Counted from the first letter of the whole stretch, positions 48,170-63,155 are shown. The stretch: DNA of 63,407 nt, filler included, from Octopus bimaculoides (GCF_001194135.2; 4 parts of 4 records of this genome joined end to end with filler, not necessarily neighbours in it); one strand, 5' to 3'. Program-made: numbers and translations. Notes: generated from the sequence alone by a model not told the origin.

Positions 48170-49629
48170 AAACAGTTTGATTCGGACACGTGCAACTTAG
48201 TTTTATAGGTTTCTTAGCTTGTGTGGCTCATTTAACAGAATTGAAAATGCCGGAAATCCAAGATGGCTACCAGAAACTGGGCTGCTATTGGTGAAGGCAG
48301 GTTTCTTATAAGAAGATTGACATTTCAGCAACACTAAATGCCTTTAAAAGGAGAATTTCTTTGACTACATGGCTGGACAGGAAGCTTGCTGTCTGACTGG
48401 TCTTTGAAGGGACTTACAGGAAATCAGATACATGGTCAGCAAGGGTATATATATATGTATGTATGTGTGTGTGTATATGTGTGTGTATACCAACTGTACG
48501 TGTGTGTAGGTGTGGGTGTTTGATGTCTATGCATATATATCAGCTGTGTGTGTGTTGCGGTGGGTGGGGGAGGGTCAGTGCACATGTCTGTAAGCTGGCA
48601 GGCATGTGGGTGAGAGCTAATGGCATCAGCTTGTTGGTGTGTGCATGTTTTCTAGGGTGTGTGTACATATTGATGCAGGTGCGTGTGAGTCCTTGTGTGT
48701 ATGAATATGTAGGTGTGTATGTCAGCTGTGTATATCACCTGTGTGTGTATCAGTTGTGTGTGTGTGCATAAATATGTGTCTTAGTACTTGCTATAAATGT
48801 GTGTGTGTACGTGTGTTTAGGATGCATGTATAAGTGTGTGTGTGCATATGGATGATTGGTGAACATATGTATATACATTCCTGTAATTATATGTATATGT
48901 ATGAATGTGGGCATGTCTGTGTGAAAGAACATGTATACATGCATGTGTTTTTATCTGGTACATGTGTACATATATATGCATACTTTTGGTATTCATGTGT
49001 GCAATCCACTAAATGGGGCATCAAGGTATGGGAGGTCTGTGGACTCAGGTTATCATCATACTGATTTTGATATCTTCACTGGAAAAAAATATAATGGAAA
49101 CAGATAAAATGGATTGGAGTATGATGTTTTGCCTGTAACTGATCCCTTTCACCATCAACACTGACATAGGTATTTTAACTGTTTCCTTTTCTTTGGTGGC
49201 TTTGGCAGAACATCTTACATTGTAAGTACTTACATATGTAGTACTGTAATGAACAATCACATAGGGCTGCTTCATGAAATTAAATGAAAATGTTTGACTG
49301 AAATATAGAGAAATAATAAAATTTTGTACTGATTATACTTATATTTTAATTAATTTAAATTAATGTCCCTTATCTTGAAAAGCGGCAAAATTGTTGGGAG
49401 TTGACATCTGGAATAATTTTAGTTACAAATCGAACGTGTGAGACTTATTAAAAGTTTCAATTTTAGTGTTTATCCATAAAGTTCTTACTTTTATACCTGT
49501 TAATCAGTTTAACCTGCCCGTAAATGTCAAATTTAACGGAAAAGATCAGGTAAAATTACATAACTGTAAATCATTGGTATTTAAGCACCTACTTCCAAAA
49601 TTTCAAGTTTATGTAAAAACGTTTAGAGG

Positions 49630-50020
49630 CAAGTGTCTTCTACTATAGCCTCGAGCTGACTAGAGCCTTGTGAGTGGATTTGGTAGACAGAAACTGAAAC
49701 AAGCCCGTCATATATATGTATATATATATATATATATACATATGTTTGTGTATATATGTTTGTGTGTCTGTGTTTGTGTTTGTCCCCCCCACCAACATCA
49801 CTTGACAACTGATGCTGGTGTGTTTACGTCCCTGTAACTTAGCGGTTCGGCAAAAGAGACCAATAGAATAAGTACTAGGCTTCCAAAGANNNNNNNNNNG
49901 CAAAAGAGACCAATAGAATAAGTACTAGGCTTCCAAAGAATAAGTCCTGGGGTCGATTTGCTCGACTAAAGGCGGTGCTTCAGCATGGCCACAGTCAATT
50001 GACTGAAACGAGTAAAAGAG
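49630..50020 (+). mobile_element. 5'-truncated tRNA-SINE family C
   Basis: AAGTGTCTTCTACTATAGCCTCG..GATTTGGTAGACAGAAACTGAAACAAGCCCGTC..GGCGGTGCTTCAGCATGGCCACAGTC. Confidence 0.8.
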
Positions 50021-50147
50021 TTAATTAGAAGCAAATATTATGGACACTCCTCTTGAGTTTGATTAATTCAAAATACTCCTTTCTATAATAATAGGCACAA
50101 GGCCTGAAATTACGGGGAAGAGACTAGTCAATTACATTGACCATAGT

Positions 50148-51400
<1,253 letters not shown>

Positions 51401-51892
51401 GATCGTATTTGAAAAAGATGTGTGACTATTTTTTTTTCTGTTGTTATCATGGTGAAGGACGAGTTAGAAATAACTTACAATTCCTGCCAATTAGAATGAG
51501 GTATGTATGTATATATGTATGCAGTATTAAAATGAAACCATTAAAGTGAAACTGTCATTACAGTATCGAAATGTGATTGTTTCAGTTTTGATACTGAAAT
51601 AGTTTTCTTTTACTGTCAGTGTTTCTCCTTCCTTTCTTTTTGTATTTGTTGTTGGATTGTTTGTAAAGGTTCATAAGAGAAAGTAGGAGTTGAAAGAATT
51701 TGTATTAGAAAGAGGAAATTCGATTTTAGTAGGGAGAAAATGTTTACTTGTGTAGTTTTATGGATTTTATTCGGTATTAGGAATTTTTTTGAGTGAAAAA
51801 ATGACGCAGTGACCTAACAAATTGTATTTAGAATATTAATTGCGATTCTTTAATCCAAGAAATTTGGAATTGTGTAAATGTATGAATTTTAA

Positions 51893-51938
<46 letters not shown>

Positions 51939-54309
51939 AAAATCTGCCTTTTATAGATAAGATATATACAAACTTCTATTGAAAAGGTTGCAAGACACAA
52001 CAAAAATTTTAGGAAAAATAAATAAATGAGTAGAAATGAAACCAGTGAGTGTGTTAAATAATAAGTCACTAAAAGAAAATGACTCTCCCTAGACACAATA
52101 TGATATAGATATAGGCTTCAGAGTTTGTTTTCTTTTCAACTATGTATGTTATTTATTTTGGTTGTCATCTCCTGGTTCTCTATGTAGGTCAGTACTTTAT
52201 GTACATATTTGTTATGCATTCTTTTTTCAAGAATAGTATTGACTGTCCTCAAAATTTATGCCTGCTCAGACTTCATCAGACAGTCCTATGGAAGCTACTA
52301 AGGCCAAAGTAGGTCAGTTATTTTGGCATTTGGTTTAATTCATATATTCTTTTTCCTTCTTTCTCTCAATAGGTGCTCCTTTAGCATTTTACAACTCAGC
52401 ACGCCAGGAATTATTGACTTCAAAGAAGAGAATCTATTAGCTCATGATCATAGAACAAGAGACAATAGGGAGAAAGGTCTCTTTTCTGTGATCATGAAGT
52501 GATGTATTTCCTCTGACCTGGTCAGTTAGTGGGAGAGGAAAATTTTGATAGAGAGTAATAAATGTGTAACCCTTTAGCATTCAGATTACATTGTCAAATG
52601 CTGTACTTATTTATTCACATTGCTTTAAATTAATCATGTATAATATTTTGATGATGTGATTGTATATTTTTAGCATGACATTGTAGGTTAAGTGTGGGAA
52701 GCCTGATCTGGCCACTTTGAACACAAAACAGGTAGAATATTTGGGCCAAATATGGCCAGTTTAAATTCTAAAGGGTTAATGGAGATAATGTTTTTCTTGT
52801 AGTTTTTGAGTGTCTAATATAAGTTTTCCACATAATCCTTTTCTTACTTGGTAAGTAAAGAAACCAGGGTTTACTTGATTACATTGATTGATACTTTATT
52901 TTATCAATCCCAAAAGGATGAATGTTAAAGTTCAGCAGGAATTGAACTGTGTATGTAAAGAGCTGCAACAAGTTCAGAGATGATTTCTTTCAACTGCTTA
53001 GAACCAAAAATTCATTGAGGATTAAATTTAATGAAATTGAATCCAGCATGTGATTGGTATTTATTTCCTTCCTCCAGGTAGGAAAAAAAAGACAAAGTCG
53101 ACTGCAGTAAATATCAATTTGAAGAACATAGAAAAATTAAGCCTATAACTTTAAGGTCCTTTGCCTTGTACTCTTCCATTTCTGCTCTTTTAAATTATGA
53201 TACAGAGTCAGTTAGTATGAATACCACAATATCTCTTTGTAATTGTTTTATCTTTAGATATAGTACTGTTTTTCTTGTGAAGAGAATGTAATTGTGGCAC
53301 TTGAATCCAGATGTTAGAAAAGGCTTATTTACCTTATGTCCAAGCCCCAATTTTTCTGCCTTTTGGTTGTTGAGTTGGTTGTTTGTTTCCACGAATAGGT
53401 CTGTTAGGAAGTAAAGCTTACAATATCTGAAGTGCTGGTCTAAACAAAAGGACCTCTTGAAAATAAGAAATGCTGTGGTTTTTACTTTTGTGGGAGAGAG
53501 TGAATCATTGAAAGTGCCAAACGTTGGATAACAATACCCTCTTGTCTGTGGATGGTTATTTGTTGCTGTGCTATTTTGCAAAACTAGTCTAAGCTTAGAT
53601 ACCCTGTCACTACTCTGACTACTTCAATCACCTTATTAACCCCTTTCTCTGCTAAAAGTTTGCCAATGCCTCCTACCCTGTCACTGTTGCCCTCCCAGAA
53701 GAGTTTATACCCATGCCTTTTGCCAGTGAGGAACCTGGTTGAAGCTCCTCTCCACTAAACTTCTTGGATGCAACATACATCAACACATTTCCTTTCAAGT
53801 ATCTCAACAATCCCACCAGACCTACCTTTCAATGTGCCTACAGTGACAGTGCCAACTCTGAGGGAATGTAAGGGAAGACCGGAGGTAACATGGGGAGGGG
53901 AAACTGCAGCTATCGGCATTTAAAAAGAAGGTTGTAATAAACAGTTGTCTTTGCATTTAATCCACCATCATTTATGTTACACTTGCTACCTCCACTGGAC
54001 TTGGGTGCTATACTGGCATTAATATAGCAGTTTTAGTACAGATATAAGTCGATACATATATAACTTAACTGATTAATTATTGTCACCACTATTGGTGGTG
54101 GGTGCTGTATACTGGCGTTAATACAAAGCAGTGTTAATACAAATGCTGGTAAATAAGTTAGGTAAATAAATAGGATGAAAGTAGTTAATTTGCTATATAT
54201 AGTTAGTGATTAATTAATTAAGCAATAAAACTGAGTACAGCATGTTTAGTTTTGTTTTCTTTGGAGTGGAGTAGCAAGCTACAACATTTGTGTTGCAATA
54301 ATGTGAGTG

Positions 54310-57300
54310 CCACTATTGTGAAAGGTTCTGGTACAAATGACAGATTTCTGCTATAGGTGGTGGGGGTGGGAAAGGGTAGGAGCATCATGGATAAGCAAAC
54401 ATTGTAGCAAGTATTACTGAAGATCTTGACAGAACAGAAAGGAGATACAGACCAAGCAAAAATTGAATTAAATTGAATTTAAATAGCATTAACGAGGAGG
54501 TTCAGGGTTATTAAGCTTAGGCTAGTTTTGCAGAATTGCACAGCAACAACCGTCTCTGCCTATTCCCCCAACTCGGTCTGCCAAATGAACAAAAGGACCG
54601 CTTTTATGATACTCTTTTGCAGGTCACTTCAAAGATAAATGACAGTGACCTTATCTTCATGGCCGGAGATTTCAATGGACATGTTGGGCAGCACCCAGGT
54701 GTCTTCCATTGGTTCCCAAAATAAGGAGGGAACAAGGCTGCTGGAGTCTTGTGATGTGAATGATCTACAAAACTAACTTCAGAAAGCCAGCCAGTCACCT
54801 GATAACCGATAAATCCAGTGACCATGCGAGGCAGATTGACTACATTCTCACCAGAAAACTGGATTCATGGTTGCTTATAAATGCAAGTACTTCCTTGGTG
54901 AAGAATGCATCTCTCAGCATAGATTAGTCATTAGTGATTTCAAGCTACAGGCACAAAGGAGGTGGAAGAGTTACAGACTTGTAACATTAGAGGATAACTG
55001 GAAATTCTCACTTGACAACTTGTTGAGAGCTACAGAGTAAGTTTGTGGTTGGTGCAAAGAACTAACTAGGGTGATATGGTGGTAAAACAGTGTACTTGAT
55101 GGCCATTAGTGCAAAGAAACAAGTTCAGAAGAACTGGTGGCGGTAGCAGGGAGCTATATCAGGCAGCCAGGAGTTAGGTATACTTAGCCAGGGATTTAAA
55201 GTATTTTGGCTGTTGGAGAGAAGTGTGTTTGCATGGATGATGGTTCACTTGCAATTAGTTTGCAAAGAAAGGCTTGGAAGTGTCACTATGAAAGGTTACT
55301 AAATGTAGAGAACACATAGGAGAAGGAGAGTCTGCCTGCAATAGATCTAACTGAGAAATCCAAATAGACAGTAGCATGGTAGATAAAACCATGAAGGATG
55401 TGAAGACCAAGAAAGCCTCCGCTCCATCAAGAATCACCACTGAGATGCTTAAAATATCTGGCGATGTGGGTTATGGTCTTGTCACCCATATAGTTAATCA
55501 GGTTGTATATGAAGGAGTCATACCCGATGACTGGTGTAGCAGCATCATAGTCAACTGCTACAAAGATAAAGGTGACACCTTAGACAAATAATTACAGAGG
55601 TATCAAATTATTGGATCAGGTGATGAAAGTTGCAGACAGGGTCGTAGCCCAACTAATTAAGAAGAGAGTTAGTCAAGATGAGATGCAGTTTGATTTTGTG
55701 CCAGGGAGAAGCACCACTGATGCTATATTTCTGGTAAGGCAGCTGCAGGAGAAATACCTAACCAAAGATAAACCTCTGTACTTGACTTTTGCTGACATGG
55801 AGAAAGCCTTTGACAGGATCCCCTGATCCCTTATCTGGTGCTCACTGTGGAAACTAGGGATAGGTAAGTAGCTGGTAAGAACTGTACAAGCCATGTACAG
55901 GGATTCTGTCAGTAAGGTGAGGGTTGGCAACAAGTATAGCAGTGAATTCAGGGTACAAGTAGAGGTTCACCAAGGCTCAGTCATCAGCCCCCTCTTGTTC
56001 ATCATAGTCCTCTAAGCAATGACAGAGGAATTTAAGTCAGGCTGCCCCTGGGAGCTCCTCTATGCTGATGACCTTGTTCTTATAGCTGAATCCCTACCAG
56101 AACTTGAGAAGAAATTTCAGGTGTGGAAGCAAGGTCTAGAATTGAAGGGCCTTAGACTTTAGCAAAACCTTAGACTTTAGCAAAAACCAAAGTCTTACTA
56201 AAACGGAAGGCAGACAAATCACAAATCCCTTTTGGCAGATCGCCCTGCCTGATATGTAGAAAAAGTGTAGGTAGAAACTCTATCAGATGTACCCAGTGCA
56301 AACTATGGCAACATCAGAGGTGCAGCGATATCAGAGGAAGGTTAAGAAGGAAAACAGTCATTGTGTGTGGCATGTATATCATCATCATCATTGTTTAACA
56401 TCTTCCTTCCATGCTGGCATGGGTGGGACAGTTTGACAGGAACTGGCCAGGCAGAAGCCTGTACAAGACTGTTTTGGCTGGATTTTTACAACTGGGTGCC
56501 CTTCCTAACACCAACTACCCAGTAGAATGGACTTAGTGCTTTTTACGTGACACAAGCACAGGCAAGGTCAGTTTTGGCAAGGTTTTTACAGCTGAATGCT
56601 CTACCAAATGCCAACCACTTTACAGTGTGGACTAGATGCTTTTTAAGTAGCACCTGCACTGACAGAGTCACCAAGTAACCTGCAAGACGAAAATCTTTTG
56701 AGAGGGGAGGAGGCTAGATGGTAAAAGTTTATAGTAAGACAGAGAGACAGAAACAGGTGTCTTGCTGCAGAGGAGATACAAGATTACCCGGCCGGAGAGA
56801 GAGAGAGATCAGGAAGAGGACAGAAATAGGTGTGCTGCCACATAAGAGAGACATGGTTACCCAAAGGTGAGACATGGTTACTCAGTCTGAGGGAGGTGCA
56901 AGAGAAGGAGAGAGAGTGGGAGATATCAGGATAAAGATGGTGGCAAAGTACTCACAAGGGACAGGGATCAGAATATCATAATATAAGTGGCAGGATATTG
57001 CCAAAGAAGCATGATTAGAAAGTGGGGAGGGGAAGTGGGTGGTGAAAACTTGGGTATATAGAGTGAGGTAGGGGAGCTACTGGATAGCAATGATACAGAG
57101 AAATAGAGCCATGAGGACAGGATTGGGGAGTGAGAGGTAGGCATAGTGCATGAAGGATGAAATGTGAGGAAGAGATGTAGATTGGTTTGTTGGGGTCGGG
57201 TGTGTGAAAAGTTTTTGTGTTAGATGTTACACACAAGTTGAGGGCTAGTGGACAGCAATGATACAATGAGACAAGGCCAAGAAGAGTTGGAAGTAAGCAT

Positions 57301-58385
57301 AGTGCATAGAGTGGAAATGTGAGGAAGTGAAGAGATGTAGTTTGGTTTGTTGTGGTAGAGTGTGTGAGACATTTTCTGTTATGTGTAGATGGGAAACAGT
57401 GCTTCTAAAACTTAGTTTCACTGACATGGGTGTCTTCTCAAGAACCTCATATTGCCAAACATCTCAGTGCATTGTCATTTCCTCCATGAGGCCCAACATC
57501 CTCAGATCGGTCCTCCTCTTCTGCGGGTACTATCCACTTTCATTGATTGGCACACTAGAAATGTACAGAAAAGAGACTCCATCAAATGCCAAGGGAGAAA
57601 GCTAGAAGAAAGTGATAGCTTCCGTTATCTAGGTGACCAAGTCAGCAGTGGAGGTAGATGCTCCGAAAACCTAGCAGCTAGAATAAGAATAGGCTGGGCA
57701 AAGTTCAGAAAGCTTCTACCTCTGTTGGTAACTAAGGACCTCTTCCTCAGAGTGAAAGGCAGATTGTATGATGCCTGTGTGTGAATAATCATGCTACATG
57801 GGAGTGAAACATGGGCTGTGACCACGGAGGACATGCATAGGCTTGAAAGAAATGAAGCTAGTATTCTTTGCTGGATGTGCAATGTCAGTGTGCATGTACG
57901 ATAGTGTAAGCGTCTTAACAGAAGGGTTGGGCATAAGAAGCATCAGATGTGTTGTGCAAGAGAGACAACTGTGCTGGTATGGTCAGACGATGCATATGAA
58001 TGAGGACAGTTGTGTAAAGAAGTGCTGATCTCTAACTGTGGAGGGAACCTGTGGAAGAGGTGGTGAAGCATGATCTTTGAATGTTGAGCCTCAAAGAGGC
58101 GATGACAAGCGACCAAGACCTTTGGTGAAATGCTGTGCTTCAAAAGATTCATCAAGCCAAGTGAAATAATAGTCATGGCCAATGCTGGTGTCACATAACT
58201 GGCACCCTTGTCAGTGGCACATAAAAAGCATCCATTAAACACTTGGAAATGTTGGCCTTAAAAATAGCATCCAGCCATAGAAACCATACTAAATCAGACT
58301 GGTACATGATGCAACTATCTGGTTTACCAGTTCCAGTCAAAGTGTCTAACCCATGCTAGCATTGAAAGCAGACACTAAATGATGA
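54310..58385 (+). mobile_element. Degenerate RTE-clade LINE (APE endonuclease + RT), interrupted by a nested insertion
   Basis: APE motifs AGDFNGHVG and QIDYILTR. RT motifs QFDFVPGRSTTDAIF, FADMEKAFDRIP and YADD at 56061-56072. 3' tail ending AAATGATGAT. Many stops and frameshifts. Confidence 0.9.
56381..57555 (-). mobile_element. Nested antisense RTE-related insertion with an internal ~170-bp tandem duplication
   Basis: Starts with the reverse-complemented tail (CATCATCATTGTTTAACATCTTCCTTCCATGCTGGCATGGG). 57080-57210 is repeated at 57250-57372. Ends in a reverse-complemented RTE C-terminus. Confidence 0.7.
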
Positions 58386-58654
58386 TAGATAATTGTGTTA
58401 TTTGAAATTTAATAGTTAAGTCTTTTTTTTTCCCCTTTCTTTATATGATTTATTTTACTTATAGGTGTAAGGCTTCACTTTGTTTTAAGGGAGCAGGAAT
58501 GATGAGATGAGATATTTTTTCTTAAGAGTATTAACAATATGTATATATAAAATAACATACAGAACAGGTGAAATGGTTTACATATATATAAAGCATTGTA
58601 AATGAACCAGAAACTGGCCTGTTGGAATTTTGTTCATGAGGTATCAAACTAATT

Positions 58655-59990
58655 AGGGAGAGATAGTTTAGATGAAATGCAGTTTGGGTTTGTGCCAGGT
58701 AAAAGCACCACTGATGCCATATTTCTAGTAAGACAGCTGCAGGAGAAATACCTAGCCAAAGACAAACCTCTGTACCTGACTTCGTTGACATAGAGAAAAC
58801 CTTTGACAAAGTCCCTTGATCCCTTATCTGGTGATCAATACAGAAGCTAGGGATAGATGAGTGGTTACTGAGAGCTGTACAAGCCATGTACAGTGATGCT
58901 ATCAGTGAGATGAGGGTTGGCATCAAGTATAGTGAAGAATTCTGGGTAGAGGTAGGGGTCCAGCAGGGATCAATCCTCAGCCCCCTCTTATTCATCATAG
59001 TCCTCCAGGCAATGACAGGAATTCAAGACAGGATGCCCCTGGGAGCTCCTCTATGCTGATGACCTTGCTCTAATAGCTGAGTCACTATCAGAACTAGAGG
59101 AGAAGTTTCAGGTGTGGAAGTGAGGTCTAGAATCGAAGGGCCTTAGAATGAATCTAACGAAAACCAAAGTCTTAGTAAGTAGGAAGGCAGACAAATCACA
59201 AAAATCTTCAGGTAGATGATCTTGCTTGATCTGTACAAAAGGCATATGTAGAAAGTCCATAAGATGTACCCGATGTAAGCTATGGACACATAAGAGGTGC
59301 AGCAAAATCCAGGGAAGGCTAACTGGGATGATAGTTTTTGTGTGTGGCAGGTGCACAGGGGCAATAAACACTGAAAATGTACACTAGAAGTAATTGATAG
59401 TTTCCATTACCTAGGTGACCAAGTCAGTAGCAGGGATGGGTACTCTGAGAGCATAACTGCTAGAATAAGAATAGCCTGGGCAAAGTTCAGAGAGCTCCTA
59501 CCATTGCTGATAACAAAGGGCCTCTCACTCAGAGTGAAAAGTAGACTGTATGAGGCATGTGTGTGAACAGCCATGCTACACTGCCTATGCCAGTGTCTCA
59601 TAACTGGCTCATTTAAGAGTACCTTTCAATCATTGAGCAGTATGCTGTGCTTGAGAAGACCTGTTGAATTAAGTGAAATCATTGTTGTGGCTGATGCCAG
59701 TACTGCCTGACTGGCACCCGTGCCGCTGGAACGTAAAAAGTACCATATGAGCGTGGTTGATGCCAGTGCCATCTGACTGGTCCCATGCTGGTGGCATGTA
59801 AAAAGCACCATTCAGGCATGGTCAATACCAATGCCACCTGACTGGCCCATGTGCCAGTGGCACGTAAAAAGCACCCACCACACTCTCAGAGTGGTTGGTA
59901 GAAACCTTGCCAGATCAGATTGGATCCTGGTGCAGCCAGTCCTCAGTCAAACTGTCCAACCCATGCCAGCATAGAAAGCAGAGGGTAAAT
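58655..59990 (+). mobile_element. Second, 5'-truncated RTE LINE copy of the same family
   Basis: DEMQFGFVPGKSTTDAIFLVRQLQEKYLAKDKPLY, YADD at 59052-59063, then tail modules. Confidence 0.88.
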
Positions 59991-60247
59991 AGTAGTGGCT
60001 GTAGCGGCAGCAGCAGATTTAATAACACTCTCAAGAAACATTTACAAATAAAAATTTAAAATTTAGCAATCTGAACAAAGTTGTACATTTGGTTCACCAC
60101 CAAAATATAATTTCTATTATGTAAGATATTTATTGAGGCCAACATGATGTAGACATTAATTTGTTGCTCATGTTGATTGATAATGTTGATGACATATTGA
60201 CGATAACAGTAAGTATTCACTTATGGAATTTTTGTTTTAATTTCCAG

Positions 60248-60298
60248 GCATTCTCAAACTGGAGGCTGAATATATGTACATCCAAAGCACCTTGCAAG
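60248..60298 (+). CDS. Candidate 51-nt symmetric microexon (phase 1: G-ILKLEAEYMYIQSTLQ-G)
   Basis: Acceptor TTTTTGTTTTAATTTCCAG, strong donor CAAG|GTAAGA, 17 codons, open in phases 0 and 1. No homology recognised. Confidence 0.4.
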
Positions 60299-61827
60299 GT
60301 AAGAAAATCTTTATTATCAATAGTTCCAGACAATCTAATAATATATATTTTATTTTGTTTGGTGTTTATTTAATTTACATTTACATATTTTCCATCTTCA
60401 TTCTCTTTTCCATCTTCATACCTTAGAAGTCAAAGTGTCTACTATCAGTATCACCTTGGTATTAAAGCATTTGTAATAAGAGTGAGCACTTATGCCTCAT
60501 GAAGTGTTGCTTGGGTTAAAGACATGTCTAAGAAAGCTAGTTAACAAAAATATATATTAAAATAAAAGAAAATTGGTTGAGAAATTCTACAGGCTAACAA
60601 ATGATGTTCTGGTGTTACTTAAAATGCCTCATTATCAGAGCCAGGGTATAACTGAATTGCAACAAATAAACTTAAATAGTTACAGCAAGGCTAAAGAACA
60701 AGAAAAAACTTGCAAAAGTATTTATTTTAGAATCTTGTATATTATTCTGTATTTAAAGTTCCATAATCATGTTTTCTTTCACATTTAAAATGAGTAACCT
60801 GAAGATGTGTGTGTGTAATAGATTGGAACTGGAAGTAGAGTAAGGGTACTTACTAAATTTATTCGTAGAAATAGGTTCAGCAAATTGGTCTCAAAAGAGA
60901 CAAGGCCCTTAACATGGAAAAAATTCTGTGATTTAATATGAATATGTTCAGTGGTTATTATAAAAAACTTGATATCAAACTAAGGCCCTCTATTGTAAGC
61001 ATTTAACAATGTCTTCTGTTTTTCCTGTGAGCATTCTCATGTAAGTATCATTAGTTACTGTATGAATGTTTTTGGCAGAGTATTCCATATCAAAAAAATT
61101 CATTGTGGTGCAGAATACTTATATCGTACAGCACTCAACAATTCTGGCTAATCTTTGTCAAACTTAAGGAGAGTCTGTGATGGTCACTCCAGTATGGTAG
61201 CAATAAACTAGCTAAAGATACACAACTGGCTAAGACTGAGCTAGATTTAGCAAGCAAAATTTTTAAGAAACATTAATAATAAAATTAAAGAATTTTCAAA
61301 CCTGTTGTTATGGACTAATAGCTTTTCAGTAATATCTTAGTTCAAATTCATTCCCAATAAAATTAAAGCAAATTTCACACAGTTTGTTAATGTAGATTTC
61401 CATCCATCAACATCTGGATGACTGTTGTGTGATGCATTGGAGTTTACATGTCAGTGTGTAACCATTGAGGAGTATATATGTATTTTTATATCTCTTCCAC
61501 TTCCCTGCTCCTATACCTTGCAAACCATCCCACTACTTTCTGATCTATTCTTCCTCAGCCATTCCAGTATCTTTTGTGATACTTGTATTTTCCTCTAACT
61601 GCACCGCCACCCTTGTTCATCACTCAATACATTCATCTCTATTCCATTTTTAACCATATGTTACTCCCACCTGAACCTTTCATAAAATTATCCCCCCTCC
61701 GATGACCCAGTGTACCCTCTGTTTTGCTCACTCGCTTCTACTTTAAGAGTTCTAGCAACTCATCACCACTTTCATTTCATTCCTTCAGCCATATATCTCA
61801 TCTACAGCCATATATCTCATCTACAGT

Positions 61828-61893
61828 AAAGGTTATAGTATGACAGAGGAACATGCACAGATGTGCATGTTCCTCTGTCATACTATAACCTTT
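61828..61893. repeat. Perfect 32-bp-arm hairpin (2-nt loop) next to a 19-bp tandem duplication
   Basis: AAAGGTTATAGTATGACAGAGGAACATGCACA-GA-TGTGCATGTTCCTCTGTCATACTATAACCTTT. CAGCCATATATCTCATCTA occurs twice at 61786-61823. Confidence 0.92.
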
Positions 61894-62009
61894 CAGCATC
61901 TGGCATAAAGCCACCTACCTCCACCTCCCTCTCAAATATTCTCCTATTCGTAGTGGGAGCTTTTTCTTTTTTCTCTGTTCTCTTTTTGACTCACAAATTT
62001 ATGTGGCAA

Positions 62010-62175
62010 CCTCACTAGTGTTGGTAGTACAAAAAGCGCACCCAGTACACTATGTAAATTGGTTGGCATTAGGAAGAGCATCCAGCTGTAGAAATTAGGC
62101 CAATGCTGATGCTGGATTCACCAAATACTGTCAAACCATCCAATCTCTGTATGGAAAATGGGTGTTTAATTATGA
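62010..62175 (+). mobile_element. Diverged RTE-tail repeat
   Basis: TGGTTGGCATTAGGAAGAGCATCCAGCTGTAGAAA. Confidence 0.6.
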
Positions 62176-62739
62176 TGGTATATAAATACATTTGTATATA
62201 CATATGCATTCAGCAGTATCAGCATTAAGCAGTGATTAGGCATGTGCGAACTTCAGTTAAAATATGTTTGTGGCATATTTCAACTTCTAACACCATATCT
62301 ACATAACTGCACCTGTTATCATAAGAGACAATTTTTCCTCAACTGTTATTACAATGAAATTTGCCTTTAGAAACATATTTTAACTAACCTAAAGATTATT
62401 TATACATATACATACATGTGTGTGTGTGTATATTTGTATAATATATATATATATGTATGTGCATGTGTGTGTGTATATATATATTTATTTATTAATATTT
62501 AGCAGAAATAACAGAGTGACTCAAAGTTCGAGAATTTCATGCATTGGAACATATCAAACTAGTCACAGGTTGAAGGCCTGTGAGTTTTGTGGCTTGTTTG
62601 ACAAGTGCCAATGCACGAAACACTCGGAATTTGAGTCACCCTGTTACTTTTGGTAAATATTTATAAAAATATACATATACTCATATTTTGAGTTGTATTT
62701 TTTCTGTTTGCATCAACATACCTGTATATATCATTATCA

Positions 62740-63155
62740 TTATCATTTAACGTCTGTTTTTCATACTGGCATGGGTTGGACAGTATGATAGGAGTTGACT
62801 ACCTGAAGGGCTGTTCAGGTTCTATGTTTGTTTTGGCATGGTTTCTACAGCTGGATGCCCCTCCTACAGCCAACCACTTTACAAAGTGTACTGGGTGCTT
62901 TTATGCAGTACAGGCACAGATGCTTTTTTGTGTTGCACCAGCACTTGAAAGCCTGCAAGATTAAGGATGCTCAGCTGGAGAGGGCACCCATACATTTACT
63001 TAGCTTGGACATGTCTTTTCAAGCACTGCAAACCACCAGGAGTCTCAGTTTCCTTTCATCCCCTCTATGACTCACAACATTTGTCAATCCTTTCTCATCA
63101 CTTTGTCCCACATTTTCCTGAGTCTAACCCTTCCACATGTTCCCTCTACAGTTAG
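62740..63155 (-). mobile_element. Diverged RTE 3' end (antisense)
   Basis: TCATCATTTAACGTCTGTTTTTCATACTGGCATGGGTTGGACAG (reverse-complemented tail), through to CTTCCACATGTTCCCTCTACAGTTAGAGATCGGCAC (reverse-complemented ORF end). Confidence 0.65.

Noticed and set aside
60209-60247. Strong donor ACA|GTAAGT 39 nt upstream of the 60248 acceptor
   Set aside because: A 39-nt intron is too short for normal spliceosomal splicing, and no good upstream acceptor was seen.
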